Assembly: GCA_964036045.1 (NCBI GenBank)
Contig: OZ038378.1
Location: 173,848,001 to 173,912,000, forward strand
Source: Eutreptiella sp. 'Long Island Sound 2002'
Taxonomy: Eukaryota; Protista; Euglenida
Length of the DNA stretch: 64,000 nt
Reading direction: 5' to 3'
A model generated the notes under the pieces. It worked only from the letters and a program-made list of their open reading frames with translations. It searched no databases and had not been told where the DNA came from. Shown in pieces: positions 1 through 11,339 of the stretch. Both the position numbers and the translations under genes were made by a program. Each line of letters opens with the position of its first letter. Position 1 is the first letter of the stretch.

Positions 1-539
1 GCCTTCCCTCCAGTTGGACCACGGGAGTAACTATAATGTTACAGCACGAGTGATCCCCCCCCCCCCCCCCTGCTCCTCCGTGTGCCCTGCTTCATGGAAG
101 AATCTGAACGCTGAACAATGGTTTGGGTTGGAAACCCGCCTGCACATTGGCGCATCGCACGCACTCAGCCAAAGCGGCTTTCGATGGTTTCCAGTATACT
201 TCAGAAGCATCGCCCTGTCCAACGGACGGTTATGCATCCATATTAGGCAGAATGACGCAACGGTGCGATCCTTCGCCTTGCCTGACCATACCCTGCAATG
301 ACGTCCCGTCTGTAGCAGCACTTCTACCCTGCAAACAGCAATACCAAGAAGCAGCAATGGTGGTGGCTACAGTTGTGTCGAAGCCACACTGGACCAGATT
401 TTCAAAGCCTGTGAATTTGGGACCCAATCTGATTGATACTGGAATTGAGAGGAGAGTGTTTGGTGAGAGTGGTGTGAAATGGAGCAAGGATATAATACAT
501 TTGGGGAACAATCATTGTGTAAGTATAAATAATATGTAG

Positions 540-833
540 TGTGAGGCACCAAACACCTCTCACTTGCAGGGCCTCTTGCAAGATATGAATGAATTGACAA
601 AGAGGGACCACAAACATGGGACAAGACACAAATCTACAAATGGCCCAAACAAGCCCCAAAGGAATCCATTGCCTGGGGCACTGACATTCTTCAGGTGCAA
701 GCCCCTGTCTTTCACTACCTGGGACACCTAGTTGCACACTTGGGGTGGCTTGGTAGAGCAAGGGACGAGATGCTCACACTGGTCACCTTTGATCCATGCA
801 CGGAATTTTGTTACCATTGCTAAGAAGATCGAA
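540..833 (+). pseudogene. Degenerate non-LTR (LINE) reverse transcriptase, C-terminal part
   Basis: The frame from 602 reads EGPQTWDKTQIYKW...APVFHYLGHLVAHLGW, matching the G-x-x-x-x-x-KT and F-x-YLG motifs of LINE RT domains. It is homologous to SKTEL...LVFKCLGHHLAHIVW at 50.7-50.9 kb. Stops and frameshifts lie upstream. Confidence 0.5.
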
Positions 834-1399
834 ATCACACATGATACCACGCATGTGCATGCCCTTGTTTCTGAAGAGGGAATCAGACTCAAGCAGATTT
901 ATCGGAGCCATTGAGCCCAATACATTACTATGTTGCAGACTGCCCTTCAACACCCACCGGCATTCATGAGTCGCCTCCTCAGTACACTAGTCTGAATGAA
1001 TATTGCCCGATACATGATTTTGTCCAGCTACTAAAACAGAGGGGGGCCCTCACAACCATGACCATGGATCAGTGTGTGCGCCCTCAGGCAGGGCCAAATC
1101 ACCTCGAAGAGAGGTTGTTCGATCAAGCGCAGGCGCGGGCGTCGTATACCCCCCTTTTTTGGGGTCATTCGCGAAGCATACCCCAAGGCATGATATTTGA
1201 TGTCCAACCCCTTGTAAAATCATTATTTTGCCCAATATGACCATCCCCCAATGGATTTTTTGATTCTGAGGCCTCTATCCCCTAAAACTGGATATCACTT
1301 TTTTGAGGGGGTGGGGGGTGGGGGGTGGGGGGGGGGGTCAAAAGTTTTCGCTGAAAAGGCTCCAAGCAGTGGGGAAGCATGTCGCTAACACACAACTGC

Positions 1400-1470
1400 T
1401 GGTCGAATGGTAACACAGCGAAACACAGGCATAATGGTCGGCGTTTCAAATCCTGGCCGGCCCAATTTTT
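1400..1470 (+). ncRNA. tRNA-derived (SINE-head-like) Pol III promoter unit; not a functional tRNA
   Basis: A-box-like TGGTCGAATGGTAA (1400-1413), B-box-like GTTTCAAATCC (1443-1453) and TTTTT at 1466-1470. No paired anticodon stem. Confidence 0.45.
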
Positions 1471-1499
1471 GTGGCGGCGGCGGCGGCGGCATATTCACC

Positions 1500-1559
1500 C
1501 GACCGGGGTTCGAACCGCCGACCAAAAAGTCCGCGGTTGGCTGCATTACCATTCGGCCA
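1500..1559 (-). ncRNA. Second tRNA-derived head, convergent with the first
   Basis: The minus strand reads TGGCCGAATGGTAA...TGGTCGGCGGTTCGAACC (A and B boxes) and aligns with the plus-strand copy at 1400-1460. Confidence 0.45.
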
Positions 1560-1835
1560 CTGCTTGATTATCAGCGTAACGAGTCCCCACTGCTTGGGGC
1601 CGTGTCTGCCACTCTCAAAAAACCCAACTTGTGTGTTTCTCTGTCTGACTGACTGCTGGCCTGGCTCAGGGACTGCTTGGCTGACTGTCAACCTCTCTTC
1701 GAGGTGCACTGCCGAAGGCAATAGAATTTGTTTGATTAGTCAGAGGACGAGGATGGGATTTTATTTCCAGCCCAAAATAGCAAGTGGGCTTGGATGAATT
1801 CCGTCACTTTTACTTTTCACAACCCCCCCCCCCCC

Positions 1836-1953
1836 CTTGGATCAAGGGGTTGGCAAGGTGCCCGAGCGATTTTTTCCCGCTGTTGTTGCACGCCTGCCAT
1901 GCTGTACCACAAAAACATGCTGGACCACAAAAACGGGACAAGACACAAATCTA
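1836..1953 (+). repeat. 118-bp direct repeat, copy 1 (copy 2 at 3277-3394)
   Basis: CTTGGATCAAGGGGTTGGC...GGGACAAGACACAAATCTA occurs twice, 1441 bp apart, with one mismatch seen. Both copies follow a C-run. Confidence 0.9.
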
Positions 1954-2012
1954 AAGATGAGCGCAAGCAGGAGCTAGCGACAGTTGCGTTGCAACAGATA
2001 CAGGAGGCGTAG

Positions 2013-2900
2013 CACAGAGGCATTACAGTCCTGTATATAGATGGGTCTGCGGAGCTTGTGGGAGGAGTAGGCTGGGTAGCAGGGTATGGATGTCACGAGC
2101 CAGGTATGTGGGAGGAAGCCAACCACCTCCCAGTCGGAAGGAAACAGACCATCAATAGGGCAGAATTGATGGCTGTGATTGTGGCAGTCAGACGCACACA
2201 CACAAAGCAGCACACATTTGCAGTTGCAACCGACTCCTCGTACGTGTACGGGGGAGTCCAGGGCGCAGCCATCAAATGGCGAGCCCAGCACTGGGTTACC
2301 AACAAGGGACCAGTCCTCAATGTAGACCTGTGGATTGACCTTCTTGAGCTATTAGATCTAGCCTCAGCGAGTTATGAGTGGATCAAGGTCCCCAGTCACG
2401 TACAGGTGGACGGAAACGAAAGAGCTGACGCTCTTGCTGAATTAGGCCGCAAATCTTCTCCACTGTATGCCAGAGCAGGCAGGCAGCCACAGATACTGCT
2501 AACGCCAATAGCAGTTTCCCCGATTGGCGCTCCAGATGGACCGCCGTCCGTAAGTACAGGTTCAGCGCTCAAGTTTAGTGTGGAATTGACACCTCTGACA
2601 TGTGATGCCGACCTGGGGTTTGCCCAGGTGACACCGGCCGCACAGGGAGGGCAGCTGCCCTCCCCTACCAGACAATTAGACTTCGACTCCGCCCTTGATT
2701 TTTACATACCGGCAGGAGCAGAGGGGACCCTCCGGTCCCTGGGCCTGCAGCTCATTGAGTCCCCTGTTACAGATGCATCGTCAGAGTGTAGTCAGTCAGT
2801 AGCATGTGCATTGCACTTTATGGACGAGGATGACCTCGTCACATCAGCTGATGAAACTGTCTCCATGGGCAGTACAAATACCGATTCTTCACTGTATTGA
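2013..2900 (+). pseudogene. Type I RNase H domain of retroelement type plus Pro/Ser/Asp-rich tail, 5-prime truncated
   Basis: VLYIDGS...QTINRAELMA...VATDSSY...WIKVPSH...GNERADALA contains all D-E-D-H-D catalytic residues. An in-frame TAG at 2010-2012 lies just upstream and there is no ATG before DGS. Confidence 0.85.
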
Positions 2901-3276
2901 CAGGATCCAGGGAGGGAATAGACTAGGGTTAGTACATGCCAGCACACTAGGACATGAGATTGAGGTTTGGCCAATTGGGTGCCAACAATTCCTGCACGAC
3001 CACATGAAATGTCCAGGTGCCCACACCCCACGTATGTAGATGCACGCCGCCTGGCGGAACACGGAAAAACACGGTGCGGCACAACGAACCTCAGGAGAGG
3101 GAGGAGTCAATGACCGATTGTTCAGGTGAATGCTGCACGTTTAGAAGAGCTCACTGTACATAATTGTGATGTTGGGAGCATGGACTCTAACAGGACTGAG
3201 CATCTACGGTTTGAGAACGCTATTGCCCTGCTGTAGACCCGCTCTATGTTGTTGAATGTGTTTGCGCCCCCCCCCT

Positions 3277-3394
3277 CTTGGATCAAGGGGTTGGCAAGGT
3301 GCCCGAGCGATTTTTTCCCGCTGTTGTTGCACGCCTGCCATGCTGTACCACAAAAACATGTTGGACCACAAAAACGGGACAAGACACAAATCTA
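3277..3394 (+). repeat. 118-bp direct repeat, copy 2
   Basis: Near-identical to 1836-1953. Confidence 0.9.
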
Positions 3395-3784
3395 CAAGTG
3401 CCATGCTGTACCAATCTGGGGGCAAGGTCCGGTCAAGACTGGTTTAGCGATGGCAGTGACTGCCAAGCCTGTCACTATTCTGTGCACTGTGGGGGTAGTT
3501 GTCACATGTGGTGGGTTGAAGAGCTTGGTGAGGGTGTCTGGTCCATGGACCTCTTATCGGGCCGCGCTAGTCGGAGCAGTTATTGCCGCTACACTTGCAG
3601 ATGACGGTAACACCTTGGTCTGCGACAAAACTGCAGTGTTCAATTACTTGGGGGCGCCTCAAGCGCAGTGCGCGCGCAGTGCAACTATTTGGGCGTCTGG
3701 CCGTACTAGAGACCCATACTTTGAGATACTAGGGGCCCCTAGGGGCATCATGGTGACCCCTAGCGGAGGTTTTGAGTTCTGATT

Positions 3785-4328
3785 TTGTCCCCCTTTGTTG
3801 GGGACCCCCGAGAATACAAAGTTACGGTTGCCATTGACAGCTTGGGCAACATCGTTTGGATTTGTCTGTTGGCCCCGGGGACATCGGCGGATGTTCCCAT
3901 TTGGGATCGCGAGGGGCCCAAAAGGGTGAAGGGACATTATATGGATTATGAGATTGGCTCCATGGATGGTGCATACAAGGGGCACCTCCATGTGGCACTG
4001 GGGCATCGTAAGGAACATATGGAGGGGATCCGGTACGGAGTTGCATGAGTACGTGCGTGTACTCTTGCATTTGCAGCAATTTTTGATTTGAAGACAGGTA
4101 CGGTACCCTCCATATGGTCCGTGGGAACACGTACCTGCACATGTATGGACTGCACCTACACAGGAGGACAATGATGATGAGGATGTTGTGGGTGATGATG
4201 GGGATGTTTGTGCCCTTTGTTGCACCAAGTGTGACCTTGAGAAGATGTCCATGTGTGACAAGTGTGAACTGCAATATTGTACAGATTGCATTGACACACA
4301 CACATGTGACAATGTGACTTTTCTTTGA
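3785..4328 (+). pseudogene. IS5/PIF-Harbinger-type (DDE_Tnp_4-like) transposase fragment with C-terminal zinc finger
   Basis: YKVTVAIDSLGNIVW...PGTSADVPIWD...DYEIGSMDGAYKG, then a frameshift to WGIVRNIWRG...LLHLQQF...RYPPYGPWEH and CALCC...CDKCELQYCTDCIDTHTC. The segment with the catalytic E is missing. Confidence 0.6.
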
Positions 4329-5051
4329 TTCTGCGGCTGTGTCATGTTGTGCACACAAGTTGCGTATTCTCAATGTGTACTTAGTTGACAATGGAACAGA
4401 GAGACAGTTGTGTGTTCTTGAGGGTGGCGACCAATGCGCTGTTCATGGCTTTTCTAGTTGTGCATGATGTGTGTTATGTGAAGGGAAGGTAGTTTGCAAC
4501 TTTCTTGAGCTGGGGCAGTTTGGGTCACCTAATTCTAAGGGCGTTTCCAAGGGGTGTGCCTGGGGGCTCTTCGGGGGGAACATAGTCTAAAAGTAGCGTG
4601 CAGTGCGCGCGCAGTGCAAAGACACCCCCCCTTCAAGGACCCCCCTCAGCAGTGATAATGACATGCATCACACTCTGCTTACAACTATGGGCAGCAAAAA
4701 AATACCTTTTCGATGGATACCCAACTAACAAGATCTGTCTGCGGCAAGAGATGCACAAGACTGGTCTGCTACATGGCCGGTCGCAGGGTAGGTGCTCCAC
4801 TTGACCAAGGAGGCGCCAATGAGACAGCCGGGCAGGTTTTGGTGTACATGGTGGCCCCCTTCACATCATCGGGCCTGCACAGGAACCCCAAACACCATAC
4901 TGACGGGAGCTCATGGGGTTATATGTAGCAATATTCTTGGCGTCACCAACAGCTGGGGTGGTATTGGACAACCAAGCAGCATCCGAGCACGCTAGCAACC
5001 TGGTACATCACAAGGTGTGTGATGTCGATGTCTGGGCCGTGATGTCCGACC

Positions 5052-5600
5052 TTGTGCATAACTGTATGGTGGGTGCTTGGCCAGCGTGAAGAGAAAGATG
5101 CACGGTTACAGCAAGAGGCACGTGACATTTGTGGAAACAATTTGTTTGACAGCCTGGCTAACCCGGGCAATGGGCTTCTACTACCTATGTACAATCCCAT
5201 AGACCCCAACAACATCACTAATCGAGCAACAGAAGCACCCACACCTGCCAGAAAGTGGCTCACCACTGTGCGAACCCATGCTCTGTCCCTAGTGTGCATT
5301 GGGCCATTTGGCTACTTCTCAAGGCAACCCGCCGATGGGTATGTTTGCCAGGGGTTTGGGGCAATGTGTGGTGGCGCGCTTGCTCTCCACCATGCTCTCC
5401 ACCCGGCATTTGGACAATTTGTGGATTCTCTCTATGAGCCAGCACTTGAACCCTCCATCCGCACTCTCGAATCATCACGAATCGCGGGTAGCACGGCCTG
5501 CATAGTGCTACATATTGCTACAAGTTGGGCCCCAATCGGGTCAATGCTGAATGCCTATGTCCCTAGAAGGCTGTCACCATCTTCTAACACACTCACATAA
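5052..5600 (+). pseudogene. Coding-like region of unknown product, probably a decayed gene or element ORF
   Basis: 182-aa ORF with protein-like composition (LSLVCIGPFGY...QGFGAMCGGALALHHA). Upstream frames are interrupted by stops. No family recognised. Confidence 0.3.
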
Positions 5601-5977
5601 CAGCAGGTAGTGCTTGGCCACGGCCACCAATCACCAAGGATATGAAGACCCTTGTGACGCTTGCATAAATGCAAGGTGGTTTCCTCCTTTCTTCCCTGGC
5701 TAGGTTTCATTGTGTTGGCACTGCACGCCGTGCGCACGTAGTGCGCTCGCAGTGCGCACGCAGTGCACCAACTTGGCCAAGCACACACTCACCGTGTCCC
5801 TAGACACTATGTGTACCAAGTTTGCCTCCCACATGGAGCCCATGGAGTATGGCTTCCGACAAGCCTCGGCCCACACCGCTGTCATTGCCAGGGCCGTGAT
5901 TCACCACTTCTAGTTGTCTTGCCAAAGTTGCAACATATGGATGGCGATGGTGTCAGCATAGTTTCGTCACCGGGATA

Positions 5978-6230
5978 CCCCCCCCCCCCTTTTGCAATTC
6001 GCCCCCGCCCCTTGGGGGGGGGTCACTTGGCTTAGAAAGCATAGGAAATACTAGGCGCCGAAGGCACCAAAGAAAATTTTTACGAGGTGCAACCGATTGT
6101 GATACTGTGGTATAGATTTGTGGTGCAATTCCCCTGTGGTGGGGGACTTCATGACTGTCCCCCCCCCCCCCCCCTTGGGGGGGAACCGGCCTGACAAAAG
6201 GGGGGAGATTGCAGGGGGGGGGGGGGGGGC
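5978..6230. mobile_element. MITE-like element with poly-C/poly-G terminal inverted repeats, copy 1
   Basis: Starts TA|CCCC..TTTTGCAATT and ends GATTGCAGGGG..C|TA. The internal sequence is homologous to 19010-19260. Confidence 0.6.
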
Positions 6231-6369
6231 TAGGTGGCTTACTTCAGCCATGTGTGATGTACTACTGGTACACTGTACAAGCGTCCAACACACCATGTGA
6301 CGATGATGGGTGGGGGCCGTTCATAGGGAATGCCATGCACGCAGTGCGCACGTAGTGCCCACGCACTGC

Positions 6370-6550
6370 CCACGCAGTGCAAAGTTTTGTATGTCGGTAA
6401 CTACCTGAACCCTAGTTTTGGCCCTTTTGCGGAGGTTTGTTGTTCAATAGTAGGATTTTTCAAGCTTCTTATGCATTCAGGATATGACAAATTTGAATTG
6501 TCATTCATTATCACCTATTTTCACCCATTTGTACCCATTTTCACCCCCTC
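6370..6550 (+). repeat. Interspersed repeat shared with 52915-53095; lies upstream of Harbinger-like transposase fragments in both places
   Basis: GCAGTGCAAAGTTTTGTATGTCGG...ATTTGAATTGTCA...TTTTCACCCATTT aligns between the two loci. Confidence 0.6.
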
Positions 6551-6578
6551 CCTTTTTTTTGCATGTTCCTCGTTGTAG

Positions 6579-6915
6579 ATGGATGGTGGATTATGTGGAC
6601 TCCCACACGCTGACCTTGACCCCAAAGATGTGGCTTGGTGGATTGATCAGTGCTCTGTTGGGCGCTCCAAGGAGCCTTGGGAAGTATATTCACAACTCCA
6701 TAAACATGTCAACCTCATTGGTGTTGATTGTGTTATAGCGGAGGAATTCTGCATGAAGTATGGCGCGGAAGGTTTGTTGTCCCAGGAGGAGGGATCAACG
6801 TGGTCCTTCGCGAATGCACGGACAGTTCTTTGATTATGAACTAGGTAATCACGATGGCGCTTACAAGGGTTACAGTGGTTGCAACTGCATAGTGGTACTC
6901 TACAACACTAAATGA
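6579..6915 (+). pseudogene. Second fragment of the Harbinger-like transposase family
   Basis: After a frameshift near 6815 the frame reads HGQFFDYELGNHDGAYKG, matching KGHYMDYEIGSMDGAYKG at 3.9 kb. Confidence 0.5.
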
Positions 6916-7020
6916 GATGTTCACAGGTACATCAAAGTACCGGGTTGGTAGTGGTTCAATGTGTGTTGGCTTTGTTGCTTTGCAGTGTTATACGGAGGTG
7001 GCATGGGGTTGGTTTCACTG

Positions 7021-7093
7021 CAACGTGCACGCAGTGCGCACGCAGTGCCCACGCAGTGCGCACGCAGTGCACGCGCAGTGCGCACGCAGTGCA
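7021..7093 (+). repeat. Tandem 11-bp GCAGTGCGCAC-type repeat; longest of about 15 dispersed clusters
   Basis: About 6 units are directly visible. Related clusters occur near 3665, 4600, 5730, 6340, 14045, 14310, 17405, 32420, 33015, 52905, 59670 and 60360. Confidence 0.85.
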
Positions 7094-8253
7094 AACACTT
7101 TGCCATACTGTCACCACCAATGCAAAGGGAGTGGCTCCGGGAGCATGTCACCTGTATTGAGCACCTTAACGAGGAGTGGGAGTCCCTACGGAAGCGCCTG
7201 TGTCGTAAACGTCACCGTAGCTCGGTCATGGGGTTGTGTGTATCGAGGTTTAAATGCTTGAGGATCCCCAGCCCCAACAACGGTGTGTCCGGCAGTTGAT
7301 TGGTGACCCACCGCTTGGTGACCTATGGGAGATCCAACTCATGGCATTTCCTCGTCACACATACCACTAAAACTAGTCTTGAAACTTGGCCTCCGGACGC
7401 AAGCACACAACACACCTACTTCAAACCTACCACTTTACCAATAAGTTGATGGGGTGCACTGCACCCGTAGCAGACCAAACTTGCACCATCATGGCGGCCG
7501 ACCTACTGTTACCAGTCCCCATAGGTGTCCGTTTTGGATGGGCATCACGTACACGAAGTCCGTGGCTATGCTTGCAGCAGGTGTACATATGTTAGGCATT
7601 TGCGCCTACGAGCGCCCCTGTTTGTTTATAGTGACAATTGTGGACTTTTGGACATATGCAACGCCGGAGGTAAAGAAAAACAAAATACAACACTTGGATA
7701 AATTCTAGTAACTAGCAATCACAGGCCACACTAATGTTGAGGTGGACACAAAATATTGACATGCTTGAGCACTATTTAGAACAATGCACCCAAAACCTCG
7801 TGCGTGACTGATGCTATGCATACCAGCTCTGACATTGGTTTCCGAGGCTTTTTTGGGGGCAGTTGTGGACACGGTGTGCGTGCGTTGGCAAGTGGGGTGT
7901 ACATTGGGGGAGCACCTGACGCGGCGTGTGCGCAGTGCATAGACCGAGCCACCTGTCTAGCCCAAGCAACCGTGCTTACCACCAATGGGTTTTCTGTCCG
8001 TAGGGGCCATTTTAGAAAGGGGAAAAGCCGAGGCCGTTCTGGGAAAACGTGCGGTGGGCGCGTGGCGCAAATACTCCCCCATTGGGTCATACCAAGAGCC
8101 CACACACCTAGTTCAGAGGGTATTACTTGCATTTGAGCAGACACATTGATGGGGGATAGGTCCCCTAATGTGTTGCCGCCATTTGTTGTTACATGTTGTG
8201 GGTTGCTTTGCCATTGCTATTTCATACTGTGTGGCTCTTGTCACCACAGCGCA

Positions 8254-8500
8254 ATGTCCCTGTCATGGTTTCCTGGTGTGATGGTCACATACACTCGAAC
8301 AAATGGTGACCAAGTCACAGCCTCCAAGAATTAACCAGGAGCCTCCATGACTTAACAAGAAGCTTCCAAGAGTCAACAGCATGCCTCCGGGAATTAACAG
8401 CAACTATGCAGGATTTAACAGGAAGCCACGAGGTATTAATAGCAACTGTCCAAACATTCACAGCAAGCCTCCACGAAATCAACAACAGCAACAACAGGAA
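8254..8500 (+). pseudogene. ORF start MSLSWFPGVMVTYTRTNG followed, after a frameshift, by a 21-bp-period heptad repeat
   Basis: Homologous to MSLSWQPVGITVTYTRSNG at 32579. The repeat translates SLQELTR SLHDLTR SFQESTA CLRELTA TMQDLTG (coiled-coil heptads). Confidence 0.4.
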
Positions 8501-8810
8501 TCACCCAGGATAATTTTGGCATGCCCCACAGACCTCCAAGGGACATCATTTTGAGGGCTTCTAACAGGAGACCATTGGCCCTGGTATTGGTCCAAAGGTG
8601 GGCATGGTGTGCACAGTGCGCCCAGGGCATGCACGGTGTGGATACTCTCCCAAATGGCGCTTTTCATTGTATCTATGGGCATGTCCAATGGCCAGCCCCT
8701 GGTCGAACAGCGCTTTTTTTGCTTTGTGATATTTCAACGACCACCCCACCCATTCGTCAAATGGTTGCACAAAGGGGGGGAGGGGATAATTCACTGGATG
8801 TTGCCACAAT

Positions 8811-10532
8811 TTGCCACACTTTCTGAGTGTCTATTTTTCAAACTCTGCATGTGACATGTCAATTGGAGAACCGTTTTTGGTCTGTGAGAAGTGTGGAGAC
8901 CATGTGTACCATAGTGCAGTGCAGAACAAGTTACCTAGGCTCTACCACGGCATCTACACTGTTGTGGGGGTCACCTGCGCCAAGTGCAGTGGTGGCGATT
9001 GTCAAGTTGCGCACAGGCCAGCAACGCAGATCAAACTCGTGTCCCGTGTTCTGTTGTTTGACATGGCGCTGCGCAGCGGCCAAGCGTTCCAGAGAATCAA
9101 AGATGTGGGTGAGGCAATGCGGGACAATTGGTTGGTGTTTTTTGGCCGCCAACGCAAGATGCCCAAGACAATTACGTCATCTGTATCAGCAAGCATCACC
9201 ACGGAACCGAAACTCTTCCAAAGGCACTCTGTGGACAACACTTGGGCAGCGAAGGACGTCTTGCAGACATTTGCAGAGTATGTACCAATTTGCGAGTCCG
9301 TTCTTGCTTCCCTCAATGAGGAGGCGGATGCACAGGCTCCAGGCGCACTGGAGAGAAATGCGCAACTAAAGCAGCTTCGGTTGGAACAGCAAACGGCACG
9401 GGTCCAGCATACGGACACAATACTCAAGGCCCGCAAAATTAAGCTGACCCCAAGGCAACAAATGCTGCAGCAAGCACAGTTCCTAATAATGACTCCCTGC
9501 AAACGGAAGGAGCCCAAAGAGGAGCCTTTGAGCACAGACGCATTGTGGAGCTTTGTTACACAGTATTACACAGAGTATTGCAGCCTGGCGGGCGTACACT
9601 GCACTTTACACAAGATGCTGCCAATGCCTGATTCCACATCCACTACAGAGCCGCATCCAGAGGCTGCACTTGTGAGGGTGCTTACGAACCCTGAATGCTT
9701 TGCTGAGTGGGAGAAGGTGTACCAACAACGTCTGCAGGACATGCCAAGGCCCCCACCGAATAAGAAGCAGAAACTGGACCGCCCCGCCAAAGTCAATGGC
9801 AATGAGGATTTCCTCAAAGCATTAAAGAAGTCTTGCGCAGATTGGCAGTACAATCCGTCTCTTTTAAGGGCGCAGTGGTCAGTAGATGAATGCATAAAGA
9901 TGAAGGAAAAGAGATACTTAGCCTTTCCCCTCCCTGGGGATGTCGGCAGAGAGGTTCAAAGCACAGAGAAGAGCTGTAGTACTCAGGACGAACAAGCAGC
10001 ACAGCAGCTCTATGTTCAGAAGTGGAGGGCATGGGTTCGTTCAGGCGGGGGTGCATGTGATATGCCTGACTGTCGCCCATGGAATCCCTGCGATGGGCCT
10101 GGAGACAAGATGCCGACTGGCAAGAGCAGAGAGGCCACGGATGTTGCAGCAGGTTCTGCTGCCAGTACAGCGGCTGATACAGAGGCGGGGCAACGGGATG
10201 ATAATGAAGACGGGGACATATGTGATTGGGAGAAGGAAAAGGCAAATGATTACGTGCGTATGGGGACTTTGGTGACTGATCCGTTTGCTGAAGGGGCCCA
10301 CCCACAAAGGGCCCTTCTGGTCGACCACCTGGTGCTCTGTGAAGAGTTGGAGGATTGCAGAGATTCGGCGCGGCGGGCTGCGTATGTGCAGATCGGCAAA
10401 TACCTGAAGGTTCTTTATGCAGCCACAAAACACAAAATGTTGACACCACTTGCGGTACGAGAGAACAAGCTGAAGGAGGAGGAAGGAAAAGAAAAGGGAT
10501 CGTTGCAGGAGGAGGACGAGCCCAAAAAGTGA
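8811..10532 (+). CDS. Protein with N-terminal ASH2L/Bre2-like atypical PHD plus winged-helix, then coiled-coil and charged regions; no SPRY domain seen
   Basis: 573-codon uninterrupted ORF, first in-frame ATG at 8856, 5-prime end uncertain. EPFLVCEKC...VTCAKC...VGEAMRDNWLVFFGRQR...ITSSVSASITTEPKLF parallels my recollection of the ASH2L N-terminus (CxxC...CxxC, then I-x-x-F-x-x-x-W...RQR...N-I-x-x-x-M-S-x-E-x-x-x-F). Confidence 0.65.
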   Translation: MPHFLSVYFSNSACDMSIGEPFLVCEKCGDHVYHSAVQNKLPRLYHGIYTVVGVTCAKCSGGDCQVAHRPATQIKLVSRVLLFDMALRSGQAFQRIKDVGEAMRDNWLVFFGRQRKMPKTITSSVSASITTEPKLFQRHSVDNTWAAKDVLQTFAEYVPICESVLASLNEEADAQAPGALERNAQLKQLRLEQQTARVQHTDTILKARKIKLTPRQQMLQQAQFLIMTPCKRKEPKEEPLSTDALWSFVTQYYTEYCSLAGVHCTLHKMLPMPDSTSTTEPHPEAALVRVLTNPECFAEWEKVYQQRLQDMPRPPPNKKQKLDRPAKVNGNEDFLKALKKSCADWQYNPSLLRAQWSVDECIKMKEKRYLAFPLPGDVGREVQSTEKSCSTQDEQAAQQLYVQKWRAWVRSGGGACDMPDCRPWNPCDGPGDKMPTGKSREATDVAAGSAASTAADTEAGQRDDNEDGDICDWEKEKANDYVRMGTLVTDPFAEGAHPQRALLVDHLVLCEELEDCRDSARRAAYVQIGKYLKVLYAATKHKMLTPLAVRENKLKEEEGKEKGSLQEEDEPKK

Positions 10533-11339
10533 GAAAGAGATGAATGACATTGAATACAGCAAGTGCATTGATAGATCAAGCAGCAGGAACGTAATTACAT
10601 TGTGTACGTTTCTTGAAGCATTCCTCCCCCCACATTTCGATCCTAACCCTAGCCCTAACCTCGGGATCAAGGGAATGCTGAACAATGCGAGCCGTTGACC
10701 CACTGACCCAGCTGTACATATCAAGAGAACATGAAGCCAAGAACTGCCGAACATTGCTGCATATGCCTACAAGGACATGCATGTGTAGAGCGCTTGAAAG
10801 ACTTTCGTGCGGCCCCATTTTGATGCAGTTTGCGCTCCTGGTTGCATTTAAGTCCTGCTGCACCTTCAGTCAGCTTGGCATCGATATCTATGAGCTAGTG
10901 GTTGTAGCCACTGGCACCAATTTCAAGCGGATGGAAACAATGCGACGACGTTACCCCATTTCGGAGACCTGCTTCTTAGAGAGAGGGCATGGAAGAGTGA
11001 GGTGTCCCTGAGAAGTTCAGGAGGGGTTTGAGGCTTGACAGGAGGTCGCCATGGCCTCCAAGCGTGGTGGGGCACGCACGCTGCTGTGGATTTGCAGGAA
11101 TGAGACTTGTGACGGCTCCCGTCTTTCACGCATTGCTTTCCCCTCCTTCCCCCATTCCCTTTCCTGAGCTGTCAAGAGATACGGGCAGGAGCTTTGAGTG
11201 GGGCTTGGGCTTAGCAAATTATTGTGGAACAGATGCTGCAGGGGGATATGGGTAACATGAGGGTTCTTTTTGGGCCCCCTTTTTTTGGTTAGAGACCCCC
11301 CCCCTTAGTGACACATTGGTGCCTACGCTAGGGTTAGGG

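Noticed and set aside
1307-1338. G-quadruplex-forming G-runs
   Set aside because: Such runs are ubiquitous in this window, so there is no locus-specific signal.
1392-1565. Functional tRNA genes
   Set aside because: A and B boxes are present, but the acceptor, anticodon and T stems do not pair properly.
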